Assembly: GCA_964548175.1 (NCBI GenBank)
Contig: CAZJQS010000015.1
Coordinates: forward strand, 920-64,919
Origin: an uncultured Saprospiraceae bacterium
Lineage (GTDB): Bacteria > Bacteroidota > Bacteroidia > Chitinophagales > Saprospiraceae
DNA: 64,000 bases
Reading direction: 5' to 3'
The position numbers and the translations under genes are program-made. Positions 39,101 to 47,861 of this stretch are shown piece after piece (within the stretch, counting starts at the first letter, position 1; each line of letters starts with the position of its first letter). Under the pieces are notes generated by a model. The model was given only the letters and a program-made list of their open reading frames with translations, was not told the DNA's origin and searched no databases.

Positions 39101-41207
39101 CAGAGAATTGGACATCGCCGAGATCCGATGGGAAGAAAGATCTTTTATTTATCTGGAAAATGAACCCGAAGGCTGGAATCAGTCGGAACACGATCAGCTG
39201 ATCAGCGGAAGCCTGGATGGGATCGTCAAAGCCGAGGCGGAAAAAACATTGGAATATGGAAACGGCCAGAAAAGCATTAGAGGGGAGGCCATGTCGTTTG
39301 ATGTAAACAGATTGAATGATTACTCGAAATATACTGAAGATGGTGTTAGAAGATACTGGGGAGGGCATTTTGAGGGGCCAACAGATGGAATTTCAGATAA
39401 GCATATTTTTGTAGGGGTGTTCGATCCGCTTACGGGCGAGATCTGGAGGAATATGGGTGCGGGAAGGTTCGGCTCAATCAGGCGGAATAATTACACGGGT
39501 TTTACTTTTAGAATAAACACGCCTGAGCAGCGAAAAAATATCGTAGACTTAATTAATGACTCTATTCCTTCAGGTCATTACGTTTTATTGCTCACTTCCC
39601 AGGAATACGGCGTCAGCTTATTAGAAAAAGAATGGGCGGCTGATTCCCTGATTTACGGCACGAATTTATTCGAAACCTTAGAAAAACAGGGCGCTTTGGA
39701 AATTCGGAAAATGCTGGATTTCGACCAAAGCATGCCTTACGCCTTTGCCTTTATAAAGGATGTGGAGCCGCTGGATGAAGCCCTGGGCTATGACATCTAC
39801 AGGGAGGTCTCCGTAGAATTCAACCTCCCCTTCAGGAAAACCTACGGCTGCATTACTTCCCCCCTCATCGGCCCGGCCCGCGACTGGCGTAGCGTCCGCT
39901 GGCAACCTCTGCTGCAAACCGACCAGAGCGACGAACTAAGCTTTTCCCTTATCAGATGGAACCCTTCCCGCACCCGGCCGGATACCATAGCCCTGCCGGC
40001 GCAGGTGAAGGGGTTCGATATCTCCGGCACCGATGCCCGCCAACATCCCTACCTGCAGTTGCGCTACTGCGCGCGCGACCAGGAAAATCGCAGTCTGACC
40101 CAGCTCGGCTACTGGCGCGTCTTCTTTTCCGGCGAGCCGGACCTGGTTCTGACCCGGGGAGCAAACTACAATTTTGAATCCGATACCTTGCAACAGGGCC
40201 GGCTACTGAAACTCTCGGCTGCCCTCATGAATTTCAATGCCGAGGTCAAAGACAGCATAGACCTGCGCATCAGCATACAGTCTACCAATAACGAACGTAC
40301 TACCATTAACCGGCGACTTGCACCCATGGATAAAGACAGCGAGCAAGCCCTCTCCTTTGAAGTCGACACCAAACCCCTCAACGGGGATCAGGAAATAGCA
40401 GTGGAGGTCAATCCGGCCCGGAATATCATAGAAACACAATACGCCAACAATCTGGGCGTACTGCCGTTTTTTGTACAGGCCGACAATGAAAACCCGCTGC
40501 TGGACGTCACCTTCGATGGTCGACGTATCCTGAACGGCGAGCTGGTCTCCGCCCGTCCATTGATCGGCATTTCTTTGAAAGACGAAAATAAATTTCTGGA
40601 AATCCGGGATACGTCTTCCTTCCAGTTATGGGTCGATTATCCGGACGGTGTGACGCGGGAGTTTTATTTCAGCGATCCGCAAATCCAGTTTTTCCCTGCT
40701 GAAGATGCCCGCAAAAATAAAGCGCGCGTAGAATTCCGGCCACAGCTGGAACTGGATGGCGAATATACTCTCCGCGTCAGCGCTACGGATGCCAGCGGCA
40801 ACCAGGCGGGCGCGTCGAATTACGCAGTGCAATTCAAAGTGATCACGGAAAGCCAGTTGTCGAATATTCTGCCGTATCCCAATCCATTTACCACTTCCTG
40901 CCAATTCATTTACACCCTCACTGGTGATCGCGAGCCGGCTGATTTTAAGATCCAGATCATGACCGTCTCCGGCCGCATTGTCCGGGAAATTACTCAGATG
41001 GAGTTTGGCTCGATGAAGGTAGGCACACACCGGTCGGATTTCGTCTGGGACGGCACCGATGAATTCGGCGACCCACTGGCGAATGGGGTATACCTCTACC
41101 GGGTAATGGCCAAAGATGCAGAAGGAAAGGAGATCAAGCAGTACGAGCAGCGTGAGGTGGATGGATATTTTAAGAATGAGTTTGGGAAGATCGTGATACT
41201 GCGATAA
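36177..41207 (+). CDS. C25 (gingipain-family) cysteine peptidase with multiple Ig-like domains and a T9SS/FlgD-Ig-type C-terminal domain; PorU-like
   Basis: Start chosen at ATG 36177 (MKKLVLLSLFSFSLSLAVTAQ signal). His/Cys dyad context: SFLGHGGVTG and LIFSLGCQTGNLF. C-terminus: PYPNPFTTSCQFIYTL...KIQIMTVSGRIVREI...WDGTDEFGDPLANGVYLYRVMAKD. Confidence 0.7.
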   Translation: MKKLVLLSLFSFSLSLAVTAQMQVGNELLFGNEWIDYEQTYLKIKITEDGWRRLTGAQMASAGIDLSEVSGRNLTLFWMGRPIPIDRSTSGAFSPNDYIAFFGQKNQGGLDRHLFESEEDMLNPYYSMFSDTSAYFLSWKVSGRTSPDYEEVENDLADLPEKEQWYWAVERRVLGEQARYKREGPDNLLAYSAFDRGEGFVSNENDYHKIEFSSTSPVPSANTQARIRLHLVTRLSGSTMIISFNGKEFSREQVAGNNHFLKKEMDIPLSDLGASSELEIIREGWTPDGKNNRNQYAIAFAELSYPRAFDAQGAGYFAFDLAAGPRRYLEVDNFDTQGGMIWVYDLTNQKKIPTVTEGSKVRFVTEASNQDTRFVLVNEQSAFQPAEHFSTTNFVDLTTSRADFLIITHRDLFKGPNGRNLIQEYADYRSSADGGNHVTQVITVDQLYDQFAYGVYNHSLGLHNFGQYAAQEWNALKYILLLGHGYTYDINRNPERELGQNHFVPTYGVPGSDNILFAPKGRVTPSFAVGRLAVDSPEEIAVYLNKLRTYEADLRNARGIAERLWRKRVLHIGGGSEPQDQRTFRITLQNMEKFITTEGFGGFVTAVSKDNNELVQFTTSDQVKDAMSEGVAIKSFLGHGGVTGTDFGLDNPLAFNNKGKFPLIFSLGCQTGNLFDQQKSLSESFILTELGGIGYFASPGYAFAFSLEDLASEFYRLLSTKEHYTAGIGELMRLMRNKFEQGYNQWTRELAIQMSYHGDPAAKINLYATPDHIIDPGSAKIEPRGLTAAQDSFSFSFDVVNLGFNQVDTFAILLTRIFPDQEKEEVRDTISAGIGRTSLSYRFAVGEENVEGEHRIEVTLDIDNDIREEPAERGEQNNELIEGTGQKGFRFFIQQNAVLPVSPAPFAIVSEGGIKLVASSNTLSQEERSFLFQLDTTAAFNSSRLSSFQLQSRGGVLEWKPNVSWENGKVYYWRIRELDIAEIRWEERSFIYLENEPEGWNQSEHDQLISGSLDGIVKAEAEKTLEYGNGQKSIRGEAMSFDVNRLNDYSKYTEDGVRRYWGGHFEGPTDGISDKHIFVGVFDPLTGEIWRNMGAGRFGSIRRNNYTGFTFRINTPEQRKNIVDLINDSIPSGHYVLLLTSQEYGVSLLEKEWAADSLIYGTNLFETLEKQGALEIRKMLDFDQSMPYAFAFIKDVEPLDEALGYDIYREVSVEFNLPFRKTYGCITSPLIGPARDWRSVRWQPLLQTDQSDELSFSLIRWNPSRTRPDTIALPAQVKGFDISGTDARQHPYLQLRYCARDQENRSLTQLGYWRVFFSGEPDLVLTRGANYNFESDTLQQGRLLKLSAALMNFNAEVKDSIDLRISIQSTNNERTTINRRLAPMDKDSEQALSFEVDTKPLNGDQEIAVEVNPARNIIETQYANNLGVLPFFVQADNENPLLDVTFDGRRILNGELVSARPLIGISLKDENKFLEIRDTSSFQLWVDYPDGVTREFYFSDPQIQFFPAEDARKNKARVEFRPQLELDGEYTLRVSATDASGNQAGASNYAVQFKVITESQLSNILPYPNPFTTSCQFIYTLTGDREPADFKIQIMTVSGRIVREITQMEFGSMKVGTHRSDFVWDGTDEFGDPLANGVYLYRVMAKDAEGKEIKQYEQREVDGYFKNEFGKIVILR

Positions 41208-41291
41208 GTATGGATTACCGCTGATTTGTGGAGACCACAGGTGTCGGTGGTTGGTTAATGGTTAAGGTAAGTAAGTGAGCAAGTTTACTAT

Positions 41292-41324
41292 AAAACATAC
41301 ACCGCCGACGGCGGTGTATGTTTT
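41292..41324. terminator. Bidirectional intrinsic terminator
   Basis: aaaacatacaccgcc-gac-ggcggtgtatgtttt is a perfect 15-bp stem with flanking A and T tracts, between convergent genes. Confidence 0.85.
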
Positions 41325-41401
41325 ATAGGTGAACTTTAACGTTCTCAACCAGAGAACTACAAATTACTTTTTTTTAAAAGAAATTCCGGGAAGTTTCAGG
41401 T

Positions 41402-41863
41402 TTAACTTTCCAGTATCCTTGTCTTCTCTTCCTCGCTTAGATTATAAGCTTCCATGAACTGATGTATAGAAGGCCGGAAATAAAAAAAAGCCATCAGGCC
41501 GATCAGGAAATAGATCGTGTAGTACAAACGTCCTTCCACCAGAGCGATTACGATAGCGAATACGTTAGTCGACTCCATCAGGATCAGACGCAAAAAAACG
41601 GAATTTCGATAAAAACGGAATTTTTCCCTCACATTAGACAGCCTTATCCCTTTTTTTTGCCTTTGCTTATCGATCAGATGGATGGCGAAAGTCATGGATA
41701 GAATAAAGACCGGAATAAGTGTGCTGAATAATTCCGTTTCCCGTCCTTTTCGAGCGGCATAATCCGGTCCGGAGTTCAGGAATACGACTGTCAGACAAAA
41801 GAAAAGCTGCCCGGCCAATAAAACGAGAAAAAGAAGATTCAGCTGTTTAAAGAGTTCTCTCAT
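41402..41863 (-). CDS. Hypothetical membrane protein (about 4 TM segments)
   Basis: 153 aa with four hydrophobic spans. No recognisable family. Confidence 0.45.
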   Translation of the reverse strand: MRELFKQLNLLFLVLLAGQLFFCLTVVFLNSGPDYAARKGRETELFSTLIPVFILSMTFAIHLIDKQRQKKGIRLSNVREKFRFYRNSVFLRLILMESTNVFAIVIALVEGRLYYTIYFLIGLMAFFYFRPSIHQFMEAYNLSEEEKTRILES

Positions 41864-41887
41864 TCAGAGGGACTGATTTTTGAGGCT

Positions 41888-41940
41888 GGGAGTTTTCTAA
41901 GCCCCCTGCTTGCCGGCAAGCAAGGGGCTTAGAAAACTCC
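41888..41940 (-). terminator. Long hairpin after the POT transporter gene
   Basis: gggagttttctaagccccctgcttgcc pairs with ggcaagcaaggggcttagaaaactcc, giving a ~26-bp stem with one mismatch. Confidence 0.7.
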
Positions 41941-41954
41941 AATTCCATTTCTTT

Positions 41955-44039
41955 TTATTGTCCGAATTCCTCAGCGCCATGGGTCAGTTTCTTCAGGCGT
42001 TTAAGGAAGACGATCAGGAGCAAGCCGAATAATGCTGTGAAAATAAAAATGGAGATGAACGTCCACAATTCCTGATTATCCTGTACTTCGAAGACTTCGA
42101 TCTCACCCTCCCAGCCGGTATGGCCATTCTCGGAAGCAGTTTTTTCCAGAGAAAGGATAGCGGTAAGAGGTTCTTCGGGAGAATGTTCATAACCATCCAG
42201 GTAATTTTTTAGCAGCGCCCTGTTCTCTTCGGTGATAGCGATGAGGGGCAACAGGTCTTTACCATTCTGAGTTATTTGTATCGCATCATTCACCAGGGCG
42301 ATCTCCCCTACTATTTCAAAGTTACCTTGCTGTGGGAAGCTATCCCGGGTGAGTGACACTTGCCCTTTGATCTGGGAAGGCTGTATGGTCAGGTCAAAAG
42401 CATCGACGATCTCGGCGGGTTCTGCAGTCATTTCGATCTTAACGGTCTCCAGCTGGGAAGCTTCGCCGACGACGCCCGCCACCTTGTTGCCCAGTCCGGT
42501 AGCTGCAAAGTAGACTCCCATCATGATCGACACATATTTCACAGGTGCTACTTTTGTGATGAAGGACAAGGCGACCGGAGAGGCGCAAAGTTCGCCTATG
42601 GTATGGAAAAGATAAGCCAGGATCAACAATATCAGAGCGGCCTGGTCACCATATTGTTCGATGTCCACGGAGGCTTTGGCCATCCACAAAAAGCCGACGC
42701 CCATAATGATGGTCCCTACCGCCATTTTAAATAAGGAAGAAGCTTCTTTCCCCAGCTTAGCCCACCAAATCCAGAAGGCGCCTACCAAGGTTCCGAAAAT
42801 GATAATGAACATCGCATTTACAGACTGAAAGACAGCTGTTGGGATTTCGTAAGGGTCAGACAGGACATTTCCCCTCAGGTAAAAATACAGTCCTATGATA
42901 AAGGCGCCGATGGGAAAATACACGTAGGCGGTATCTTTTTTCCTTATCAGTTCCCAGATCCCTCGCAGCAGCAAAAAGCCGCCGGCGCCGTAAAAAAGGA
43001 GGTCCATAGTAGTCATGGACACTACGCGGTCAATTTTTTTTAGGGTATAGATATTCATCAATCCACCGGCTTGCTCAAAAGCCCCCCAGAATACGATCAC
43101 GATCAGAAAGGAGATCAACAGGACCACATACTGATCCTTTTCGATCTTATTGATGTCTTGATAGATCATCATCAGCAGGCCTATGGTCACGGCCAGGAAT
43201 ATACTGAGCAGGCTATAGCCTATGCGATTGTACCCTTCTGTGTTGAAATAAAAGATCAGGATCCCGGCGACACCCAGTGCGATGGTAATGGCCAATTGCA
43301 TCGGGGAGCGAAGCAGAGCGCTAAAGAGCGCGCCCATAGAAGTATTTTCCCCGGCCCCTTCTCCGCTGGCCTTCATGATCGTTTTCGGAGATTCGCCGAC
43401 GCCTCTGAGGTATTTCTGCCCCAGCATAAAAACGATCTGTCCGACAGCCATACCTATGCCGGCCAGGCCAAAGCCGTAATGCCAGCCATATTCTTTGGCA
43501 ACAACACCTACGATGATGGCGGAAAGAAAGGCGCCGATGTTGATCCCGATATAAAAAATAGTGAATCCCTGATCTCTTCGCAGGTCTCCTTTTTTATACA
43601 GGCCACCGACCATGGTAGAAATATTAGGTTTTAAGCATCCAACGCCCGCAATAATTAACGCCAGCCCGGTAAAGAATGCCCAGGTAGCATCGACTGCTAA
43701 TACCGTATGCCCCGCCACCAGTATCAATCCGCCTATCATCACTGCCTTTTTCTGCCCCACGTATTTATCAGCTAAAATACCACCTGGAATGGAGGCTACA
43801 TAAACCAGCATGGTGTACCACCCGTAAAGCGACAAGGCCGCTGCCTCATCCCATCCCAAACCAGGATTAGCATCGGTTACTCTGGTAATCATATACAAGG
43901 TCAATATTGCACGCATACCGTAGTAGGAGAATCGCTCCCAAAGTTCTGTAAAGAACAATACATACAATCCTACCGGGTGGCCGAACAGCTGAGGTTGGTT
44001 ATCGAAGTCGTAGGTAATCGCCTTGGCTTTGTCTGTCAT
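41955..44039 (-). CDS. Proton-dependent oligopeptide transporter (POT/PTR2) with a C-terminal extra domain
   Basis: PTR2 signature ELWERFSYYGMRAILTLYM. 694 aa. A hydrophilic segment of ~150 aa (ETVKIEMTAEP...EVFEVQDNQE) is followed by one extra TM segment. Confidence 0.85.
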   Translation of the reverse strand: MTDKAKAITYDFDNQPQLFGHPVGLYVLFFTELWERFSYYGMRAILTLYMITRVTDANPGLGWDEAAALSLYGWYTMLVYVASIPGGILADKYVGQKKAVMIGGLILVAGHTVLAVDATWAFFTGLALIIAGVGCLKPNISTMVGGLYKKGDLRRDQGFTIFYIGINIGAFLSAIIVGVVAKEYGWHYGFGLAGIGMAVGQIVFMLGQKYLRGVGESPKTIMKASGEGAGENTSMGALFSALLRSPMQLAITIALGVAGILIFYFNTEGYNRIGYSLLSIFLAVTIGLLMMIYQDINKIEKDQYVVLLISFLIVIVFWGAFEQAGGLMNIYTLKKIDRVVSMTTMDLLFYGAGGFLLLRGIWELIRKKDTAYVYFPIGAFIIGLYFYLRGNVLSDPYEIPTAVFQSVNAMFIIIFGTLVGAFWIWWAKLGKEASSLFKMAVGTIIMGVGFLWMAKASVDIEQYGDQAALILLILAYLFHTIGELCASPVALSFITKVAPVKYVSIMMGVYFAATGLGNKVAGVVGEASQLETVKIEMTAEPAEIVDAFDLTIQPSQIKGQVSLTRDSFPQQGNFEIVGEIALVNDAIQITQNGKDLLPLIAITEENRALLKNYLDGYEHSPEEPLTAILSLEKTASENGHTGWEGEIEVFEVQDNQELWTFISIFIFTALFGLLLIVFLKRLKKLTHGAEEFGQ

Positions 44040-44234
44040 TACGCGAGATTTAAGATTTTATTATAGAATTAGCCCTATCGGCTTAAAAATAGACGATTTC
44101 TTTCTGACCACGTAAAATTCACCAATGATAATTTTGTTTTTCCAGGATACGGGGGTGAGTAGGACTATATCAGCTGCGCTTGCCATTCGGTAGGCTGGCG
44201 GGTCAAATGTTGTTTTTAAGCAGTCTCTGATTAA

Positions 44235-44852
44235 TTAGTTCAGCAGACTGTCCTGTGGAGCGGGTGCATACTCTTTTCCTTCCACGACGACGATCCATCC
44301 GGCGCTTTCCGTCATGAAGCGGATAAGATCGATCATTTCATTACCCTGGGCCTGGGCCTGCTCAGCCAGGTCGCTTTCGTCGACTTTAGCCAGGATGTAG
44401 TTTTTGGCGTCTTTGTGTAATTTGTTATAGTCTTCTTCTGAGAAGGAATTAAAGGCCCCCTGCTGGAGATCGTAATAATCGATATCGTGCTCGATGGAGA
44501 TGACTTCCGGTTCGGGAATATTGGTGAGATACAGCTTGCGTTCTTCAGCAACGGCCTCTATTTTCATCTTACTCAGATCATAACCTATGGACACCCTTGC
44601 CTTTACCCGCATCAGCGCTTTTTTTCTAAAGATGCCCCAATCATAGCCCCAGTAGTCCTTATAATTATATACTTCTGAAAAATAACCTTCGACAGTAACC
44701 AGCTTGGCTACCGTTTTTACTCTTTCGAGCAGGACATCGGCCTTTTCCTCCACCTTTTGATCAACTTTAAACGCGAAGTAATATCTGGTCAGCAATACGC
44801 CTAGGCCGAAGACCAGAAGGAGGCCTGCTATATACAAAATTCTTTTCATCAT
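44235..44852 (-). CDS. DUF4230-like membrane-anchored protein
   Basis: N-terminal TM segment, then KLVTVEGYFSEVYNYKDY...RVKARVSIGYDLSKM, as recalled for DUF4230. ATGA overlap with the upstream gene. Confidence 0.55.
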   Translation of the reverse strand: MMKRILYIAGLLLVFGLGVLLTRYYFAFKVDQKVEEKADVLLERVKTVAKLVTVEGYFSEVYNYKDYWGYDWGIFRKKALMRVKARVSIGYDLSKMKIEAVAEERKLYLTNIPEPEVISIEHDIDYYDLQQGAFNSFSEEDYNKLHKDAKNYILAKVDESDLAEQAQAQGNEMIDLIRFMTESAGWIVVVEGKEYAPAPQDSLLN

Positions 44853-45712
44853 TTCTTTGAAGTCAAGTCGTGGCGCAGGCCTTTATAGCTTTTTAAAACA
44901 GCCTTAATTGAGCCCACGGACACAGGTGATTCGATCAAGAGGGGAAGTTTGTTCTTATCATCTGATACCCAAACATTCATTTCGGTGCCTTCTCTGAATA
45001 CATTACCCGAGATGACTTCCGGGCTAAACTGGATGGCGTCGAACTTACCCAACTTTTTTATTTTCTTTTTATCTTCCTTTCCTTTATAAGTTACCTTAAG
45101 CGGCCAGGTTTCTTTATCCACAAAAATTTTTATGGGGAAGGCTTCACCCTCGGCCATATTGTCAAAATCCAGATTGCGGGAGAAATAGACGATCGAAAGG
45201 ATGTCGTGCATACAGCTTTCAATGGGATATTCGGTTATTTCAGCCGATTCTTTTGATTTTCCACGCAGGGAGCGTGCAATTTTCTTTTCGTTATCGAACG
45301 TGATCTTGTCGTACAGGGTATAGCGCCCTTCCAGGATATCGCGTATGGATACTTCCGGCAGTAAGGTTTCTTTATCCACGTAGGTATCGTATTTGTCTCT
45401 AACCTTGAAGAACCACTCGTAGTTTCGGTAAGTGGAGCCATGAGCAGACAGATGGTATTGATCTCCTTTGTCTTCTACTTTAAAAACCACTTCTCCGGCG
45501 GAAAGCCAGACAAAATTCCAATTGTAATAGATTTCAAAGACAAATTCTTCGCCTCCCTGAAAAGAGGTGTTGGTGATGCTGCACTGAGTTGCAACATGGT
45601 CGCTAAAATTAGTTATCAGGTTATCATCGGCAATTTGGAAGGGGTAGCTGAAAGACATAAGGATGATAACCAAGGCCAAGGTGAGAGAGGATTTAGTCAG
45701 CATGGTTTTCAT
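44849..45712 (-). CDS. DUF3108-like secreted protein
   Basis: Signal peptide. GEEFVFEIYYNWNFVWLSAGEVVFKVED...LLPEVSIRDILEG pattern, as recalled for DUF3108. Confidence 0.5.
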   Translation of the reverse strand: MKTMLTKSSLTLALVIILMSFSYPFQIADDNLITNFSDHVATQCSITNTSFQGGEEFVFEIYYNWNFVWLSAGEVVFKVEDKGDQYHLSAHGSTYRNYEWFFKVRDKYDTYVDKETLLPEVSIRDILEGRYTLYDKITFDNEKKIARSLRGKSKESAEITEYPIESCMHDILSIVYFSRNLDFDNMAEGEAFPIKIFVDKETWPLKVTYKGKEDKKKIKKLGKFDAIQFSPEVISGNVFREGTEMNVWVSDDKNKLPLLIESPVSVGSIKAVLKSYKGLRHDLTSKK

Positions 45713-46751
45713 AGCCTAATGATTTTATTGCGTTTGTTTTGATAATGTAGATCAATCCCAAAAACGCTGGAATGATCAGATTTATTATAAATAAAGAGAA
45801 CGTGGCGGCCAAAATACTGATTGCATTGGCCCCAAAAGGCGTCCATATCAGCATGGCGATCTGTCCTCGGGCCAGCAAGGCCGATACCGGAGGAAGGGGC
45901 ACGCTCGTTTGTATAAAAAAAATGGAGCTGACGCCGGCCAGAGCATCCCATACCGGAATGCCAATTCCATAGAACCGCAGGATGAAAAAATACTGCAGGC
46001 TATAGATTCCATACCTCAAGGCTGCAAAAAAGACCGCTTTGACCAGTGCGGTCGTAGAGACGCTTTTTAGCGCCAGCAGGTTGTGCACCAATGGTCGCAT
46101 CCAGCGGTATTGTTCCAGTTTTTTCAAATAAGGACTCGTCCGTTGAAGCGCCAGGGGTAATGACCACAGCACCAGTAAAAAAACAATGGCCAGAGGAATA
46201 AGGTTTTGCAGGCTGCTCCATTCTTCTGAGAGATAGCGGCGACCGAAATAAGTCAAACCAAGCACTCCTCCGCTGATCAGTACGAGCAGCTGGCAATAGT
46301 TTCCGGCTACGGTAGCCACGATGGTGGGCCAGTTATCTTCCGCTTTCACCAGCAACACCCGCCCTCCGTAGTCGCCTATTCGATTGGGCGTAAAAAGGGC
46401 GATTGTTACGCCAGCCAGGGTAGCCTTCTGACTTTCCCAAAAAGGCGGCCGCTGCGGGAGAAATTGACGCCACTTCAGCGTTTCCAGCATCCAGTTGACC
46501 GGCATAAGCAGCAATACAAGAAAAACAAAGCCGGGCCGTGCGGAGCGCCATGCTTCCAGGAAGGCGGCCCACAACGCCCTCAGGTCTTCCTGGTAACCGA
46601 TCTTCCAGTAGATGGATCCGCTCAACAAGAGGACGATCATCCCCTTTAAAAAAAGGTTGATCAGTTTTTTATTACCCGCCTTTTTTTCAGCAAAAGAGTT
46701 CAAAAAATGATTTTTAACACTAAACGATTTATATTTGGGTTTGAAAGGCAT
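45693..46751 (-). CDS. Flippase-like / lysylphosphatidylglycerol-synthase TM-region family membrane protein (UPF0104-like)
   Basis: About 8 TM segments, with FTPNRIGDYGGRVLL- and QTSVPLPP-type segments. ATG at 46751 preferred over TTG at 46757. Confidence 0.5.
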   Translation of the reverse strand: MPFKPKYKSFSVKNHFLNSFAEKKAGNKKLINLFLKGMIVLLLSGSIYWKIGYQEDLRALWAAFLEAWRSARPGFVFLVLLLMPVNWMLETLKWRQFLPQRPPFWESQKATLAGVTIALFTPNRIGDYGGRVLLVKAEDNWPTIVATVAGNYCQLLVLISGGVLGLTYFGRRYLSEEWSSLQNLIPLAIVFLLVLWSLPLALQRTSPYLKKLEQYRWMRPLVHNLLALKSVSTTALVKAVFFAALRYGIYSLQYFFILRFYGIGIPVWDALAGVSSIFFIQTSVPLPPVSALLARGQIAMLIWTPFGANAISILAATFSLFIINLIIPAFLGLIYIIKTNAIKSLGYENHAD

Positions 46752-46768
46752 TTTCAAAACAACATCAT

Positions 46769-47332
46769 TTGAAAAATAATAACGACAACAGGCGGTTAGT
46801 AGGCATAGATCCAGGAACTAACGTTCTGGGCTTTGCGATTATTGAATGTAGCGGCAGCAGAATACAATTGCTGGAGATGGGCGTTGTCAAACTTGGTTTG
46901 TACGAAGATCAGGCTGAGAAGCTTAAGAAGATCTTCGAGCGCCTTCAGTTGCTCATTACCACACATCAGCCAGATGAAATGGCCATTGAAGCGCCTTTTT
47001 ACGGAAAAAATGCCCAGGCTATGCTCAAACTCGGGCGGGCGCAGGGGGTAGCCATGGCAGCCGCCATCACACGTGGGTTGCCGGTTACGGAGTATTCGCC
47101 GCGCAAGATCAAACAAGCCGTTACAGGTAATGGCAATGCCACCAAGGAACAAGTGGCGGCCATGGTCCAGCAGATGATGAAACTGGATCTGAGCGATCAC
47201 TACCTCGACGCCACCGATGCCCTGGGCGTAGCCATCTGCCATCACCATCAGTCTGTTCACGGATTCAGTGCTCCTGCGAAAAAAAACAGCTGGGGCGGTT
47301 TCATTAAGGATAATCCCGACCGGGTGAAATAA
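46769..47332 (+). CDS. ruvC: Crossover junction endodeoxyribonuclease RuvC
   Basis: LVGIDPGTNVLGFAII, EAPFYGKNAQAMLKLGRAQG, DATDALGVAICH. The only in-frame start upstream of the GIDPG motif is TTG at 46769. Confidence 0.9.
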   Translation: MKNNNDNRRLVGIDPGTNVLGFAIIECSGSRIQLLEMGVVKLGLYEDQAEKLKKIFERLQLLITTHQPDEMAIEAPFYGKNAQAMLKLGRAQGVAMAAAITRGLPVTEYSPRKIKQAVTGNGNATKEQVAAMVQQMMKLDLSDHYLDATDALGVAICHHHQSVHGFSAPAKKNSWGGFIKDNPDRVK

Positions 47333-47345
47333 CAAGAAGCTGTTT

Positions 47346-47744
47346 TTATGACGCCACATTAGCTCTGATCGCCTTGGCCAGTGCCTCCATCTCCTCCTCC
47401 GAAAACTTAAGCTTGGCCTTTTCAAAGCTGATGTCGCTCATTTTGTTAATGGGCACAAGATGAACGTGAGCATGAGGGACTTCCAGTCCAATGACCGTAA
47501 CCCCAATGCGATTACAAGGAATGGTCGCTTTTAGTGCCTTGGCAACTCGTTTGGCAAAAGGCATGATATCGGCAAGCAAATCATCATCCAGGTCAAAAAA
47601 GCGATCGACCTCTTTTTTGGGAACGACCAGCGTATGGCCTTTGGCGATGGGGTGAATATCGAGAAAGGCGTAAAAGTCATCTGACTCGGCAATTTTATAA
47701 CTGGGTATTTCGCCCTGGATGATCTTAGTAAAAATGGAAGACAT
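47346..47744 (-). CDS. HIT family hydrolase
   Basis: IFTKIIQGEIPSYKI and histidine triad HAHVHLVP. Confidence 0.85.
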   Translation of the reverse strand: MSSIFTKIIQGEIPSYKIAESDDFYAFLDIHPIAKGHTLVVPKKEVDRFFDLDDDLLADIMPFAKRVAKALKATIPCNRIGVTVIGLEVPHAHVHLVPINKMSDISFEKAKLKFSEEEMEALAKAIRANVAS

Positions 47745-47760
47745 AAAAGAATGGTTTTTA

Positions 47761-47855
47761 GGGGCTGTCTCGAGGTTGTGTAAAAAGTAATCGTACTCGC
47801 CCGCCTATCGGCCAGCAGGAGTGACTGATTTTTAACACAACTCCGGGACAGTTCC
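47761..47855. repeat. Short family-1 MITE-like element
   Basis: ggggctgtctcgaggttgtgtaaaaagt ... gactgatttttaacacaactccgggacagttcc form inverted termini (about 21 of 28 matches). Located between the greA stop and the HIT gene start. Confidence 0.75.
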
Positions 47856-47861
47856 ATTGAA

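Noticed and set aside
46796-47425. 209-aa minus-strand ORF
   Set aside because: It is antisense to ruvC and overlaps the HIT gene terminus. It has no motifs, whereas the ruvC motifs are clear.
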